A stretch of 64,000 nt of DNA from Clostridia bacterium (GTDB lineage Bacteria; Bacillota; Clostridia; CAKSNL01; HGM11501). The stretch's first letter is position 1. The number at the start of each line of letters is the position of its first letter. The notes under the pieces were generated by a model that did no database searches, was not told the DNA's origin, and saw only the letters and a program-made list of their open reading frames with translations. This document shows positions 46,962 to 57,077 of the stretch, piece by piece. The position numbers and the translations under genes were made by a program. The DNA lies in the NCBI GenBank assembly GCA_045644565.1, contig JAZRHF010000052.1, positions 5,402-69,401 on the forward strand, read 5' to 3'.

Positions 46962-47459
46962 TTATTCTTTAGGGTTAGGGCCATATTTATTTGTACCGGG
47001 CTGACTGTCAAAAATACATAAAACCAGAAAAATTATTCCGCCTACCTCAGGAATTAAATTCAGCATATAAAACCATCCGCTTTTCCCTGTGTCGTGAAGT
47101 CTTCTTATTCCCAGTGCAACCCAGGGAACTGCTGCTGCAAGACCGTATATTATTGTTATAATTGATATAATAACAAGCGATGGGACAACCCAGTCAGGGC
47201 AATATGTTTCCGAAAATGCGATAGCGAAAAAGGTAAATCCTATAACGATAATCTCCATAATAATATGTATCAGATACACATACCAGAATTCGCTTTGGGT
47301 GCTTCTGCCGCTGAAATCCGCATATCTTTTAAACATCTCCGCATAAGCCGTAAACATATTGAATTTCTTGGGTGTAACCGTATTTACACCTTTTCCGCAA
47401 TAAGGGCAAAAAGAAGTGCCTTCATTAATCATCTGTCCGCATTTTGTACAATAGCTCAT
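46962..47459 (-). CDS. zinc-ribbon plus DUF805 membrane protein
   Basis: GGGAGG RBS and ATG at 47459. MSYCTKCG...CPYCG zinc ribbon, and DUF805-like FSGRSTQSEFW with a C-terminal GTNKYGPNP. Confidence 0.8.
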   Translation of the reverse strand: MSYCTKCGQMINEGTSFCPYCGKGVNTVTPKKFNMFTAYAEMFKRYADFSGRSTQSEFWYVYLIHIIMEIIVIGFTFFAIAFSETYCPDWVVPSLVIISIITIIYGLAAAVPWVALGIRRLHDTGKSGWFYMLNLIPEVGGIIFLVLCIFDSQPGTNKYGPNPKE

Positions 47460-47476
47460 AATAAACCTCCCTTTTT

Positions 47477-48508
47477 TTACTTTTTCGCCCAGCGCATTTT
47501 GGTGGATTTTGCTCTCGGGTTTCTGAAACATTCTTCACCCGACGGACGTATTACATCCTCGGAAATTTCCGAAAATACACCTTCTTTAAGATATTTCTTA
47601 AACGCCTTTTTAACAAGGCGGTCTTCTCCCGAATGGAAGGTCAAAACCGCAACCCTTCCCTTGTCGCTCATTACAGAAGGAAGCTTGTCAAGAAAGGAAT
47701 AAAGCACCTCAAACTCGGAATTAACGTCAATACGGAGTGCCTGAAATGTTCTCTGACAGCTCTTTTTTAAAGCTTCCTCCCTTTCCTTTTTAGGAAGGTG
47801 AGAAAGTGCCTTTACTATTATATTTTTAAGATGAGTGGTTGTTTCAATTGCTCCACCCGACTTGTAGGTTTTAATTATTTCTTCTGCTATTTCCTCGGCA
47901 TAAGGCTCGTCGGAGTTTTCTATTAACATACCGATTATTTCATCCTCAGAAAGCTCGGATAATCTTTCTGCCGCCGTAACTCCGCTCGTCTGATCAAGCC
48001 TTAAATCAAGAGGACCGTCTATTTTATAGGAAAAGCCTCGCTCAGGATTGACAATCTGCATAGAAGACACCCCAAGGTCAGCCAGAATAAAGTCAAACTT
48101 TTCTCCGTCGGATACCTTGTCTATTTCCGCAAAGTTCATATTTTTAATTGTTAAAATATCTTCGCCATAGCCTTTTTCCAAAAGACGAGCCTTTGTCTTT
48201 TCAGACTCTTCCCTGTCAACATCTGTGGCGTACATTTTCCCCTTACCGGAAAGCTTTTCAAGCATTTTTTCCGTGTGACCGCCATAGCCAAGCGTTGCAT
48301 CATATCCCACTTCGCCGGGCTCTATTTTAAGGAAATCAAGAATTTCATCAACCATTATGGAAATGTGCATTCCGGCAGGAGTTTTCCCCTTGCTTATTAT
48401 TTTTTCTATGTCGTCCTTATATTTTTCAGGCTGATGCTCCTTATACTTTTCCGAAAACTTTTTTGGGTGAGTGCCTTTATAGCGCACCCTTCTCTTATGT
48501 TCTTCCAT
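47477..48508 (-). CDS. rsmH: RsmH-family 16S rRNA (cytosine-N4)-methyltransferase with a basic N-terminal extension
   Basis: GYDATLGYGGHTEKML, DLGVSSMQ, FHSGEDRLVK and RNPRAKSTKMR motifs. About 45 Lys/Arg-rich residues precede the canonical H-I/V start. Confidence 0.8.
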   Translation of the reverse strand: MEEHKRRVRYKGTHPKKFSEKYKEHQPEKYKDDIEKIISKGKTPAGMHISIMVDEILDFLKIEPGEVGYDATLGYGGHTEKMLEKLSGKGKMYATDVDREESEKTKARLLEKGYGEDILTIKNMNFAEIDKVSDGEKFDFILADLGVSSMQIVNPERGFSYKIDGPLDLRLDQTSGVTAAERLSELSEDEIIGMLIENSDEPYAEEIAEEIIKTYKSGGAIETTTHLKNIIVKALSHLPKKEREEALKKSCQRTFQALRIDVNSEFEVLYSFLDKLPSVMSDKGRVAVLTFHSGEDRLVKKAFKKYLKEGVFSEISEDVIRPSGEECFRNPRAKSTKMRWAKK

Positions 48509-48576
48509 GATAATACCTCTTTATTATACTTTAGTTTCATTATAGCAGAAAAATTCCCACAGCACAAGACAAAAAT

Positions 48577-48607
48577 AAAACCGCCAACGGGCGGTTTTAT
48601 TTTTTTA
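48577..48607. terminator. bidirectional terminator
   Basis: AAAACCGCC-AACG-GGCGGTTTT followed by a T-run. Confidence 0.75.
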
Positions 48608-50362
48608 TTTCTTAAACTTTGGAACGCTGTAGTTATTTATTCTTGCTCTGTCGCTTCTTGCGCCTTCGCCAAACTGTTCGCCGTAAATCTGCTGAACAAC
48701 TCTGTAAGCGCGCTTGGGACGACGGTATTCATCAACAATACCCTTATTATTAAAGCTTCTGGGTCTGCCGTGTTCTCTTCCCAAGGGAATTCTTATATCG
48801 CAATACTGCCAGATATATGTACCCGACAAATCTTCATGGGAAAGAAGCTGATCGAGGGAGAATTCAAGCAAGTCTGCCTGATAATCCTCTGTCCAACGCT
48901 GAGCTTCAAAGGTGTTAACGCCGGGAATTGCACCGCCGCCAAACTCAGTCATAAGGCGGGGCTTATCAAGGGAATCACAAGCTTCAATATGCTTTGCCCA
49001 TTTATCCATGAAGACATTCCAGTCGCCGTTTTCTATTGGATCGTACCAGCCCACATACTTATTCATACAAACGATATCGTCAAGGTCGTAGCAGATATCG
49101 GGATTTAATCCGCATCTGTTGGAAACGTGTGTAAAGAGCCTGTTTTTGTCCAGTCTTCTTGCCTCGTCCATCATCATTTTTGTAAAGTCATAGCCTGCCT
49201 TAGTTTCTGTCGCACACTCGTTATGCATACTGATGATAATGATGCTGGGATGGTTAAAGCCTGCATTTATCATTTCACCAATCATAGGCATAACTCTTTC
49301 CTTGGTAAGATCTGTTACCATTGCACCTTCGGGACGTCCCCAAAGAGGCAATTCCTCCCAGAAAAGCATACCGATTTCGTCGCAGTAGTCTGCCGTAATC
49401 TGTGCATTGGGATAATGGCTTGTACGAATAGCGTTACAGTTTAAGTTTCTTATAATGTCAATATCCTTCTTGATAAGGTTAAAGGGCATTGTAAATCCCC
49501 AGTCAGGATGCTCTTCATGACGGTTGATACCTAAAAGCTTAATCTTCTCTCCGTTTAAGAGAATATCCTTGTGGCTTGTTTTGATTTCACGGAAGCCTGT
49601 TCTTTCAATCAGATCTTCGCCGCCAAACTTTGCCTTTATATAGTAAAGGTTGGGCTTGTAAATTCCCCAAAGCTTTGCATTTTCAATTAAAATATCGGAT
49701 ACTTCGATTGTTTTTTCTCCGTTTACTTTAATTTTTTCCTTATACTTAAGTTCATCATTTATGTAAAGCTCGAAATCCTCTTCCTTTTCAGTAAAGGTCT
49801 TCAACTCGGTTTTTACATTGACCAATACATCCTTATAATCGTTTTCGATATTATAAGTAATTTTAAGGTCCTTAAGCCAGCTGTCGGAAAGCTCCACAAT
49901 TTCAACAGGACGTGCAATACCGCCGTAGTTATACCAGTCAACATCCGTAAGAGGATATGTATCTACCATATTGCTGTCGTTATTTACTCTTAAAACAAGG
50001 CTGTGCTTACCCTTGGAAAGTCCTGTCACTTCAAATCCGAACTCTAAAAATGCACCGTAGTGATAGCCTAAATGCACACCGTCAAGATATACATCTGCTT
50101 CATTATTAACAGAAGAAAACTTTATATAAATGTTTTCGCTTTCTGTTTCAAATTCGGTTTTATACCATGCAGTTCCGATATAGCGGAAAAAGTCTATTTC
50201 CAGATTCCAGCATGAAGGAACGGGAAGCTTTCTGTCAGGCTCGGGAAATGATGAAAACCAAGCTTCGTCCTTACCTTTATTTTCGGGGTCAAGTGCAAAA
50301 TCCCAAAGCTTATCCAAAGCAACGTATTTTGCAGAATTAGTTTTAGTATATAATCTTTCCAT
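48605..50362 (-). CDS. glycoside hydrolase family 2 (beta-glucuronidase/beta-galactosidase-like), cytoplasmic
   Basis: NAIRTSHYP and SMHNECATE (acid/base region), followed by the TEFGG nucleophile region. Confidence 0.88.
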   Translation of the reverse strand: MERLYTKTNSAKYVALDKLWDFALDPENKGKDEAWFSSFPEPDRKLPVPSCWNLEIDFFRYIGTAWYKTEFETESENIYIKFSSVNNEADVYLDGVHLGYHYGAFLEFGFEVTGLSKGKHSLVLRVNNDSNMVDTYPLTDVDWYNYGGIARPVEIVELSDSWLKDLKITYNIENDYKDVLVNVKTELKTFTEKEEDFELYINDELKYKEKIKVNGEKTIEVSDILIENAKLWGIYKPNLYYIKAKFGGEDLIERTGFREIKTSHKDILLNGEKIKLLGINRHEEHPDWGFTMPFNLIKKDIDIIRNLNCNAIRTSHYPNAQITADYCDEIGMLFWEELPLWGRPEGAMVTDLTKERVMPMIGEMINAGFNHPSIIIISMHNECATETKAGYDFTKMMMDEARRLDKNRLFTHVSNRCGLNPDICYDLDDIVCMNKYVGWYDPIENGDWNVFMDKWAKHIEACDSLDKPRLMTEFGGGAIPGVNTFEAQRWTEDYQADLLEFSLDQLLSHEDLSGTYIWQYCDIRIPLGREHGRPRSFNNKGIVDEYRRPKRAYRVVQQIYGEQFGEGARSDRARINNYSVPKFKK

Positions 50363-50427
50363 AGTTACTCTCCTTACTTGACTTGTTATTTATTTTATTA
50401 TATAATAATAAAAAATAAATTTCTACC

Positions 50428-50460
50428 CAAAATCGTACAAAAATTACAAAATCGTACAAA
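50428..50460. promoter_or_regulatory. tandem direct repeat CAAAATCGTACAAA x2 (19-bp period) in the divergent GH2/AraC intergenic region
   Basis: Perfect 14-mers at 50428-50441 and 50447-50460. Confidence 0.45.
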
Positions 50461-50484
50461 CTTTTCCGCATTTGAGGTGTTTTT

Positions 50485-51291
50485 ATGAATATAGCATTGC
50501 GTGATGTTGAATATTATAAAGGTTATGGTTTCCAGAAGGACCAGAAATATCTTCATTCCCATTCCGTTGATGAAATATCTTTAATTTCCAGCGGGGATAT
50601 TACATATATATCTGATGACATCATCACAAAGGTTTCGGGAAAGAGTTTAATTTGTTCAAAAGCTTATCATTTGCATAACCCGTATATCACACCCGACTGT
50701 GTGTACGAACGTTATCAGCTTTCCGTCAATTTTGAATATCTTTATGACACGCTTCCTACTATTTATTCAATGAGCACACCCTCTTTTATTGCTCCCCTCT
50801 CCGATGAGGATTTTGATGATTTGTCAAAATATGTTTCAATTTTATATACACTTAAAAACAAATCAGGCTTTGAAGATGATGTACTGAAAAAAAATCTTAT
50901 TTTAGGAGCCCTGTATATAAGAATACATGAAATTTTTTCAAAAACGGATTTAACTCCCGTAAAGCTTACCGGAACATATATAAATGATGTTATTTCTTAT
51001 ATAGAAACGCACTATGCGGAAAAAATCACGCTAGAAGAACTTGCCGGCATTTTTTATATAAGCCGTACAAAGCTTTCAAATGATTTTAAAAAAACAACGG
51101 GAATGACTGTAAATTCTTTCCACACTTTAACAAAATTGAAAAATGCAAAGCTGTTTTTGGAAACAGGATTGTCTGTCACCGAAACCGCGGAAAAATGCGG
51201 TTTCACCTCAAGCGGATATTTCATAAACACCTTTGTTTCCCACAACAATATTACTCCGTTTAAGTACAGACAATTAATAAAAAGAAAATAA
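50485..51291 (+). CDS. AraC-family transcriptional regulator
   Basis: C-terminal HTH LAGIFYISRTKLSNDFKK ... AEKCGFTSSGYFINTFVSHNNITP. Confidence 0.88.
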   Translation: MNIALRDVEYYKGYGFQKDQKYLHSHSVDEISLISSGDITYISDDIITKVSGKSLICSKAYHLHNPYITPDCVYERYQLSVNFEYLYDTLPTIYSMSTPSFIAPLSDEDFDDLSKYVSILYTLKNKSGFEDDVLKKNLILGALYIRIHEIFSKTDLTPVKLTGTYINDVISYIETHYAEKITLEELAGIFYISRTKLSNDFKKTTGMTVNSFHTLTKLKNAKLFLETGLSVTETAEKCGFTSSGYFINTFVSHNNITPFKYRQLIKRK

Positions 51292-51314
51292 TTTAAATTT
51301 TTTTCAAAAAACTA

Positions 51315-51343
51315 TTGACAAAACATATGTTCGCATTTATAAT
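51315..51343 (+). promoter_or_regulatory. recA promoter (TTGACA-17 bp-TATAAT)
   Basis: Consensus hexamers at 51315-51320 and 51338-51343. Confidence 0.7.
51320..51333. promoter_or_regulatory. LexA (Cheo/SOS) box 1, inside the promoter spacer
   Basis: AAAACATATGTTCG matches 12 of 14 positions of CGAACATATGTTCG. Confidence 0.55.
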
Positions 51344-51354
51344 ATAGAAAAACA

Positions 51355-51368
51355 CGAATATTTGTTCT
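51355..51368. promoter_or_regulatory. LexA (Cheo/SOS) box 2
   Basis: CGAATATTTGTTCT compared with CGAAC-N4-GTTCG. Confidence 0.5.
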
Positions 51369-51391
51369 TATTTTTAAGGAGGTTTTTATAA

Positions 51392-52471
51392 ATGAAAAAG
51401 ACAGCTACTTCAAAAGTTGACAACCAGTCCAAGGCAGATGCATTAAAAAGCACTCTCGCCCAGATAGAAAAGGATTATGGTAAAGGTACTATTATGAAGC
51501 TTGGCGATTCCTCTAATTTGGAGGTTGAAGCTCTTTCCACAGGTATTTTAAGTCTTGATATCGCCCTCGGCATCGGCGGCATTCCCAAGGGCAGAATTGT
51601 AGAGGTTTACGGTCCCGAATCATCCGGTAAAACCACTCTCACCCTCTTACTTGCGGCTCAGTGTCAGAGAGAAGAAGGCGTTGTTGCTTTCGTTGACGCT
51701 GAACACGCTCTTGATCCTGAATATGCTAAAACATTAGGTGTTGATATTGATGAGCTTCTTGTTTCTCAGCCCGACACAGGCGAGCAGGCTTTGGCTATCG
51801 TTGAAGCATTGGTAAGAAGCAGCGCAGTTGACCTTGTAATTGTTGACTCTGTTGCAGCACTTGTTCCCAAAGCTGAAATTGACGGTGAAATGGAAGTTCA
51901 GCAGGTTGGTATGCAGGCAAGACTTATGTCAAAGGCTCTTCGTAAACTTGCAGGTGTAATCAATAAAACAAACACTATTGTAGTGTTCATAAACCAGCTT
52001 CGTGAAAAGGTTGGTGTTATGTTCGGAAATCCCGAAACCACCACAGGCGGTATGGCACTTAAGTTCTACTCTTCCGTAAGAATGGATATCCGTAAGGGCG
52101 AACCCATTAAGGAAGGTGCAAACGTAATCGGTACAAAGACAAAGGTTAAGATTGTTAAAAACAAGGTTGCTCCCCCCTTTAAGAAGGCTGAGTTTGACAT
52201 GATTTACGGAAAAGGCTTTGCTCCCGAAGGCGTTGTTCTTGATATGGCTGTTGAGCTTGATATCATTAACAAGGCAGGTGCTTGGATTTCCTATAACGGA
52301 GAACGTATTGCTCAGGGCAGAGAAAATGCAAAGCAGTACTTAATGGAGCATCCCGAAGTATTTGCCGAAGTTAAGGAAAAGGTTTTAACACACTATAAGG
52401 CAGAAGTTGCTCCCAAAAACGCAAACGATGATTTATCAGATGAGTTCCTCGAGGGAGACGACGCTGAATAA
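51392..52471 (+). CDS. recA: recombinase RecA
   Basis: GPESSGKTT Walker A and family-wide identity. Confidence 0.98.
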   Translation: MKKTATSKVDNQSKADALKSTLAQIEKDYGKGTIMKLGDSSNLEVEALSTGILSLDIALGIGGIPKGRIVEVYGPESSGKTTLTLLLAAQCQREEGVVAFVDAEHALDPEYAKTLGVDIDELLVSQPDTGEQALAIVEALVRSSAVDLVIVDSVAALVPKAEIDGEMEVQQVGMQARLMSKALRKLAGVINKTNTIVVFINQLREKVGVMFGNPETTTGGMALKFYSSVRMDIRKGEPIKEGANVIGTKTKVKIVKNKVAPPFKKAEFDMIYGKGFAPEGVVLDMAVELDIINKAGAWISYNGERIAQGRENAKQYLMEHPEVFAEVKEKVLTHYKAEVAPKNANDDLSDEFLEGDDAE

Positions 52472-52555
52472 TTCCCCATTTAACCTGTCCCATCGTAAAA
52501 TGTTACCCCACATTTTACGAGTGATATAAACCCTTCTATTCAATGATTTTCTAAA

Positions 52556-52590
52556 CGAAAAACGGAAGTGCAACGCACTTCCGTTTTTCG
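52556..52590. terminator. bidirectional terminator between recA and the SGNH gene
   Basis: 15-bp stem CGAAAAACGGAAGTG / CACTTCCGTTTTTCG. Confidence 0.8.
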
Positions 52591-52600
52591 TTATCTTAAA

Positions 52601-53647
52601 TTATTTTTCAAGTGTTTTAAGAATACACTGGGCGTATCCTCTAATAAGAAAATCGTTGGGGTGATTTACGTTATTTCCTGTCATATCTTCAAACTTTTTA
52701 GTTTCAAGCATAGCCTTGTGGTATTCTGTCATATTGCAGACAACCATATTTTCAAATTCCTCGGAAAGCTCATTCATAACATACTGCTGATAAGGCTGAT
52801 TTCCCCAGAATCCTTTAAGCTTTGAATTGGGGCACATTGTTGCAAGAAGAACGATGTCGGCATCCTTCTTTCCTGCCCTTATGGCACTGCAAATTTCTTC
52901 AATATCTTTCTTGAAATTAGGAAGTGTTGTGCCACCGTTATTCATACCAAAGCCTAAAATAACAAGGTCTGCATTATGCACTACCGCATTTTCATTTACT
53001 GTTTCAAGTCCCCAGGCGCTTGCTTTTCCACCAACAGCTGTATTAACAAAGGTAATATCCTCATATCCGTATTTTTTCTTAAGTTCACGAACTATTAAAG
53101 CGTCCCACTTGGGAAGTCCCGGAAGCATTCCCTCTTTCAGAGAAGTAGCATTTGCACCTGCAGATATGCTGTCACCAAAAACAAGAATCTTCACAGGCTG
53201 TTTATTTTCAAGTTTTTTGATAAAGTTTGTAAGTTTGGCACCCTTGGCTTCAGGAATATATCTTTCCCATTTGTCAGAATGCTTGTATGTAACAGCAATA
53301 CTCATAGGATACATAAGCACCCATTCAGCAAATGCAAGCCATTTTCCGTCGTGACGCTCAAAGCACTTACCCTCGATATGTTCATCAAGATAGAAATCCT
53401 TATGTTTCATTCTCGGAATCCTGCCCTCGGGAAGCACTATAAGCAATCCGTCTTCCAGCTTATAGTCTTTTCCCTCTTCATAAGTGACTTCCAAGGTATA
53501 GTCCGTCACTTTCAGAATTTCATCTGCTTTATATAAAAGACTTATGGGAAGAATATTACCCTCTTCGTCCTCCATAACAAAGCAGGATTCATCCTCCATG
53601 ATATTGCCTTCCCAAAATGGCACCATATATTTATCCAAATCAAACAT
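52601..53647 (-). CDS. SGNH/GDSL-type hydrolase (esterase)
   Basis: AGGAGA RBS and ATG at 53647. Block I FGDSISAG, plus the distal block NVNHPND. Confidence 0.8.
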   Translation of the reverse strand: MFDLDKYMVPFWEGNIMEDESCFVMEDEEGNILPISLLYKADEILKVTDYTLEVTYEEGKDYKLEDGLLIVLPEGRIPRMKHKDFYLDEHIEGKCFERHDGKWLAFAEWVLMYPMSIAVTYKHSDKWERYIPEAKGAKLTNFIKKLENKQPVKILVFGDSISAGANATSLKEGMLPGLPKWDALIVRELKKKYGYEDITFVNTAVGGKASAWGLETVNENAVVHNADLVILGFGMNNGGTTLPNFKKDIEEICSAIRAGKKDADIVLLATMCPNSKLKGFWGNQPYQQYVMNELSEEFENMVVCNMTEYHKAMLETKKFEDMTGNNVNHPNDFLIRGYAQCILKTLEK

Positions 53648-53696
53648 TTCCATTCTCCTAACAAAAAAGCTCAGAATATCTGAGCTTTTCATTTTA

Positions 53697-54752
53697 TTAT
53701 TCTAATTCAGGCTTCTTAAGGAAGCTGGGGATTTCGGGATATGTATCATCGGAGTTATCAATATTAAGTGCACCGAAGATGGAATCGCCCTTCTTCTTTT
53801 CTTTTCCTTCAAAACCTGTTGCAATGATGGTAATAGATACTTCATCGCCCATAGCTTCGTCGTTAATCATACCCATCTTGAAGAATACATTGGGATCTGC
53901 ATAGCTCTGAACAAGTTCAGCCGCTTCGTTAACTTCGAAGAGTGAAAGATCTCTGTTACCGGAGATGCACATAAGAATACCTGTTGCACCTTCAATATTT
54001 GTTTCAAGTAAGGGAGCTTCAATAGCAGCCTTTGCAGCAAGCTCAGCTCTGTTTTCACCGGAAGCTCGTCCGATACCGAAGTGTGCACAACCTGCATCCT
54101 TCATTACGCTTGTTACGTCAGCAAAGTCAGCGTTCATGAAACCAACATTGCCGATAAGTTCTGTGATACCCTGTACGCCCTGACGAAGAGCTTCGTCTGC
54201 CATTCTGAATGCATCGAATAAAGTAGTCTTTGCACTTCCGATAGTAAGAAGCTTATCGTTGGGAATTACAACGATGGTATCAACATTAGCCTTAAGAGCT
54301 TCGATACCTTCCATAGCCTTGTCCATTCTTCTCTTACCTTCAAACTGGAAGGGCTTTGTTACGATACCAACTGTAAGGATACCCTTATTTTTAGCAATTC
54401 CTGCAATAACGGGAGCAGCGCCTGTACCTGTTCCGCCACCCATACCTGCAGCAATAAATACCATATCCGCATTTTCAATTGCCTTTTCAATTTCTGCAAC
54501 AGATTCTTCAGCTGCCTTCTTACCTACTTCGGGATCACTGCCTGCGCCCTGTCCCTTTGTAACCTTATCGCCGATCTGAAGTGTTCTGTCAGCCTTTGAA
54601 CAAGCAAGAGCCTGTGCGTCGGTGTTAACTGCGATAAATTCAACATGCTTAACACCTGCATCTACCATTCGGTTAACAGCGTTGTTACCGCCGCCACCTA
54701 CACCTATAACTTTTATAACCTGTGTTTCATCCATAATTCTATCCTCCGGCAT
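53697..54752 (-). CDS. ftsZ: cell division protein FtsZ
   Basis: AAGGAGG RBS 8 nt before the ATG at 54752. [10 protein letters not shown] signature and a C-terminal IPSFLKK peptide. Confidence 0.97.
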   Translation of the reverse strand: MPEDRIMDETQVIKVIGVGGGGNNAVNRMVDAGVKHVEFIAVNTDAQALACSKADRTLQIGDKVTKGQGAGSDPEVGKKAAEESVAEIEKAIENADMVFIAAGMGGGTGTGAAPVIAGIAKNKGILTVGIVTKPFQFEGKRRMDKAMEGIEALKANVDTIVVIPNDKLLTIGSAKTTLFDAFRMADEALRQGVQGITELIGNVGFMNADFADVTSVMKDAGCAHFGIGRASGENRAELAAKAAIEAPLLETNIEGATGILMCISGNRDLSLFEVNEAAELVQSYADPNVFFKMGMINDEAMGDEVSITIIATGFEGKEKKKGDSIFGALNIDNSDDTYPEIPSFLKKPELE

Positions 54753-54838
54753 TATTTTTGCCTCCTTATCCAATTTTACTATTCTATATTATACTATTTT
54801 TTGCAATTTGTCAATGACTAAAGTTAAACTTTTGACAT

Positions 54839-55801
54839 TTATTCCGAATTTTCTTCTATTATATTGTCGGCGGTTTCTGTACTGTCGGCATCTTCCGCGA
54901 CTTCGTCCCCGTTCACCTCCGTATCGGCAGTATTTGTCTCCTCGTCTGCAGGAATTTCCTCTGTCCTGTGTTCAGTGCTGTTCGGACTGTAGAAAACTCC
55001 GACTTCGGGATTTTTAGCATCTATAACGCCGCTTACATCAGAGGGCATTGTGCCAATAACCTCTTTAACGTAGGAAATTTTATATGATATATCATCTTCT
55101 CCGCCCAATTCTCCAAGCTTTATCGAAAGATCAGGCCATAAAATAAATTCGATGTTATATTCATCCTCAATTTTGATTTCTCGGACATTTTCAAATCCAT
55201 GATCATTAATTATGGCTAGGCACTTTAAGAGCAGTTCTGTTTTTTCCTCCTCGCCCAGCACCACATAGTCACCCGGATAGAACTCTCCCGATGTAATGTT
55301 TCTTACGCAAATAAGATTTTCCGCATCGCTTTCCGAAATAAATCTGATGCTTTTTCCGTTTCTGTCACAGGTCATTATTCCGTCCGCGAAAAACAACGCT
55401 GCAAAATCCTCTTCTTCCCTGATTTCAACAATCACCTTTGAGGGATATTTTTTAATCAACGTCACTTCACTTACATAAGGAAGCTTAAGTATTCTCTCCT
55501 CAGTACGCTTTTTTCCGTAATCGAAAATATTTTCTCCTTCCGCAAGGTGACTGACTCTGAATATATCTTCATCAGGCACCCGAGCGTTTCCTGTTATTTC
55601 TATTACCTCAATATTAAACAAAGGAGTTCTTATGAATATCAAAAAGGCAATGGCAAGAAGAATAAGCAGAAATACAAAGGAAACCACATTACGCTTACGC
55701 TTTCTTTTGGCAATCCTTTTTCTTGCACTTTCTCTGTCTTCGTCCCACTCTTGCCTGTTTCTTCTTTCGTCCAAATAATCACATCCTTTGTATATCTGCA
55801 C
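54839..55801 (-). CDS. ftsQ: cell division protein FtsQ/DivIB (POTRA domain)
   Basis: Basic cytoplasmic N-terminus, a single TM segment, and a POTRA-like FNIEVIEITGN. Acidic C-terminal tail. Confidence 0.8.
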   Translation of the reverse strand: MQIYKGCDYLDERRNRQEWDEDRESARKRIAKRKRKRNVVSFVFLLILLAIAFLIFIRTPLFNIEVIEITGNARVPDEDIFRVSHLAEGENIFDYGKKRTEERILKLPYVSEVTLIKKYPSKVIVEIREEEDFAALFFADGIMTCDRNGKSIRFISESDAENLICVRNITSGEFYPGDYVVLGEEEKTELLLKCLAIINDHGFENVREIKIEDEYNIEFILWPDLSIKLGELGGEDDISYKISYVKEVIGTMPSDVSGVIDAKNPEVGVFYSPNSTEHRTEEIPADEETNTADTEVNGDEVAEDADSTETADNIIEENSE

Positions 55802-57029
55802 CCAGATTTTTTAAGTTTATATCAAAGTTTTCATAACCTCTGTCAATATAACAAAGCTTATCAACTATGCTTTCTCCTTTTGCTGAAAGTGCCGCTATTG
55901 TAAGCGCCGCCGCACCTCTTAAATCGCTTGTTACAACATGCGCTCCGTAAAGCTCATCCGTACCACGGATTATGGCGACATTTCCGTCTGTAACAATATC
56001 TGCACCCATCCTGTTAAGTCCGTCCACATGTTTGAATCTGTCCCGGAAAATATTTTCGGTCATAACGCTTGTTCCATCAGAAACAGCCATAAGACTCATA
56101 AAAACAGACTGCATATCCGTAGGAAATCCGGGATACGCCTGTGTTCTCAATCTTTTCACGGCTTTAAGCCTGCCTTTATATTCAATGCGAAGAGAATCTT
56201 TATTTACTGTCACTCCTGCTCCGCAATCCTTAAGCATAGATATAAAAGCTTCCATATGTCCGGCTTCAACATTTTCTAAAAAAGCCCTTCCCTTTGTCAT
56301 GAGAGCGGCACAAGCATAGGTTGCCGCCTCAATTCTGTCAGGAATAACTCTGTGTTCAACATTTGCCGAAGTTTTTTTGCCTTCTATGTAAATTTTATCG
56401 CTTCCTGCGCCTTCAACATTAAAGCCCGCCTTCACAAGATAGTTTTGCAAATCAACAATTTCAGGCTCCTTCGCCGCATTGTTTATTACCGTAACGCCTC
56501 TTGCTCCTGTTGCCGCAAGCATTATATTTTCCGTGGCACCAACGCTTGGAAAGTCCAGATAAAGCGTTGCACTTTTCATATTTTCAGCGTTGCAATTTAT
56601 AACCCCGCCTACTTCGGAAATTTTTATTCCCATTTCTCTAAAAGCTTTGAGATGCAAATCTATGGGTCTCGGCCCGATTTCACATCCCCCCGGAAGACTT
56701 ACACGCCCGCTTTTGCATCTTGAAATCAAAGCTCCCAGGAATATAACCGAAGATCTCATTTTAAGCATGAGGTGTTCGGGCACTTCATCCGTTATAAGCT
56801 TTTCTGTATTGATTACTGCAGTTCCGTTTTCCAGTTCTGCCCTGCAACCCAAAAAACGCAAAATTTCAAGAGATTCTTCCACGTCAGAAATAGCCGGGCA
56901 ATCATGTATAATACTTTCTCTTCCGCTTACTACAGATGCCGCCAAAATGGGCAACACCGCATTTTTTGCACCGTGTATCCTTACTCTTCCGTCAAGCGCT
57001 CTTCCGCCTTTTATTATATATTTACTCAA
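55779..57029 (-). CDS. murA: UDP-N-acetylglucosamine 1-carboxyvinyltransferase
   Basis: SKYIIKGGRALDGRVRIHGAKNAVLPILAA N-terminus. The likely TTG start at 57029 follows AAGGGGG (the ORF track extends to 57062). Confidence 0.92.
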   Translation of the reverse strand: MSKYIIKGGRALDGRVRIHGAKNAVLPILAASVVSGRESIIHDCPAISDVEESLEILRFLGCRAELENGTAVINTEKLITDEVPEHLMLKMRSSVIFLGALISRCKSGRVSLPGGCEIGPRPIDLHLKAFREMGIKISEVGGVINCNAENMKSATLYLDFPSVGATENIMLAATGARGVTVINNAAKEPEIVDLQNYLVKAGFNVEGAGSDKIYIEGKKTSANVEHRVIPDRIEAATYACAALMTKGRAFLENVEAGHMEAFISMLKDCGAGVTVNKDSLRIEYKGRLKAVKRLRTQAYPGFPTDMQSVFMSLMAVSDGTSVMTENIFRDRFKHVDGLNRMGADIVTDGNVAIIRGTDELYGAHVVTSDLRGAAALTIAALSAKGESIVDKLCYIDRGYENFDINLKNLGADIQRM

Positions 57030-57077
57030 TACCGAGCACCCCCTTAAGCACATTTTATGCATAAAGGGTGCACTTTG

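Noticed and set aside
48275-49108. Long antisense ORFs from the six-frame track: this 277-aa ORF, and similar ones at 21550-22248, 60230-60865, 52827-53354, 41985-42488 and 56590-57081.
   Set aside because: Each lies entirely opposite a confidently identified housekeeping or GH gene. They have low-complexity or odd composition, no RBS and no recognisable motif, so they are shadow frames.
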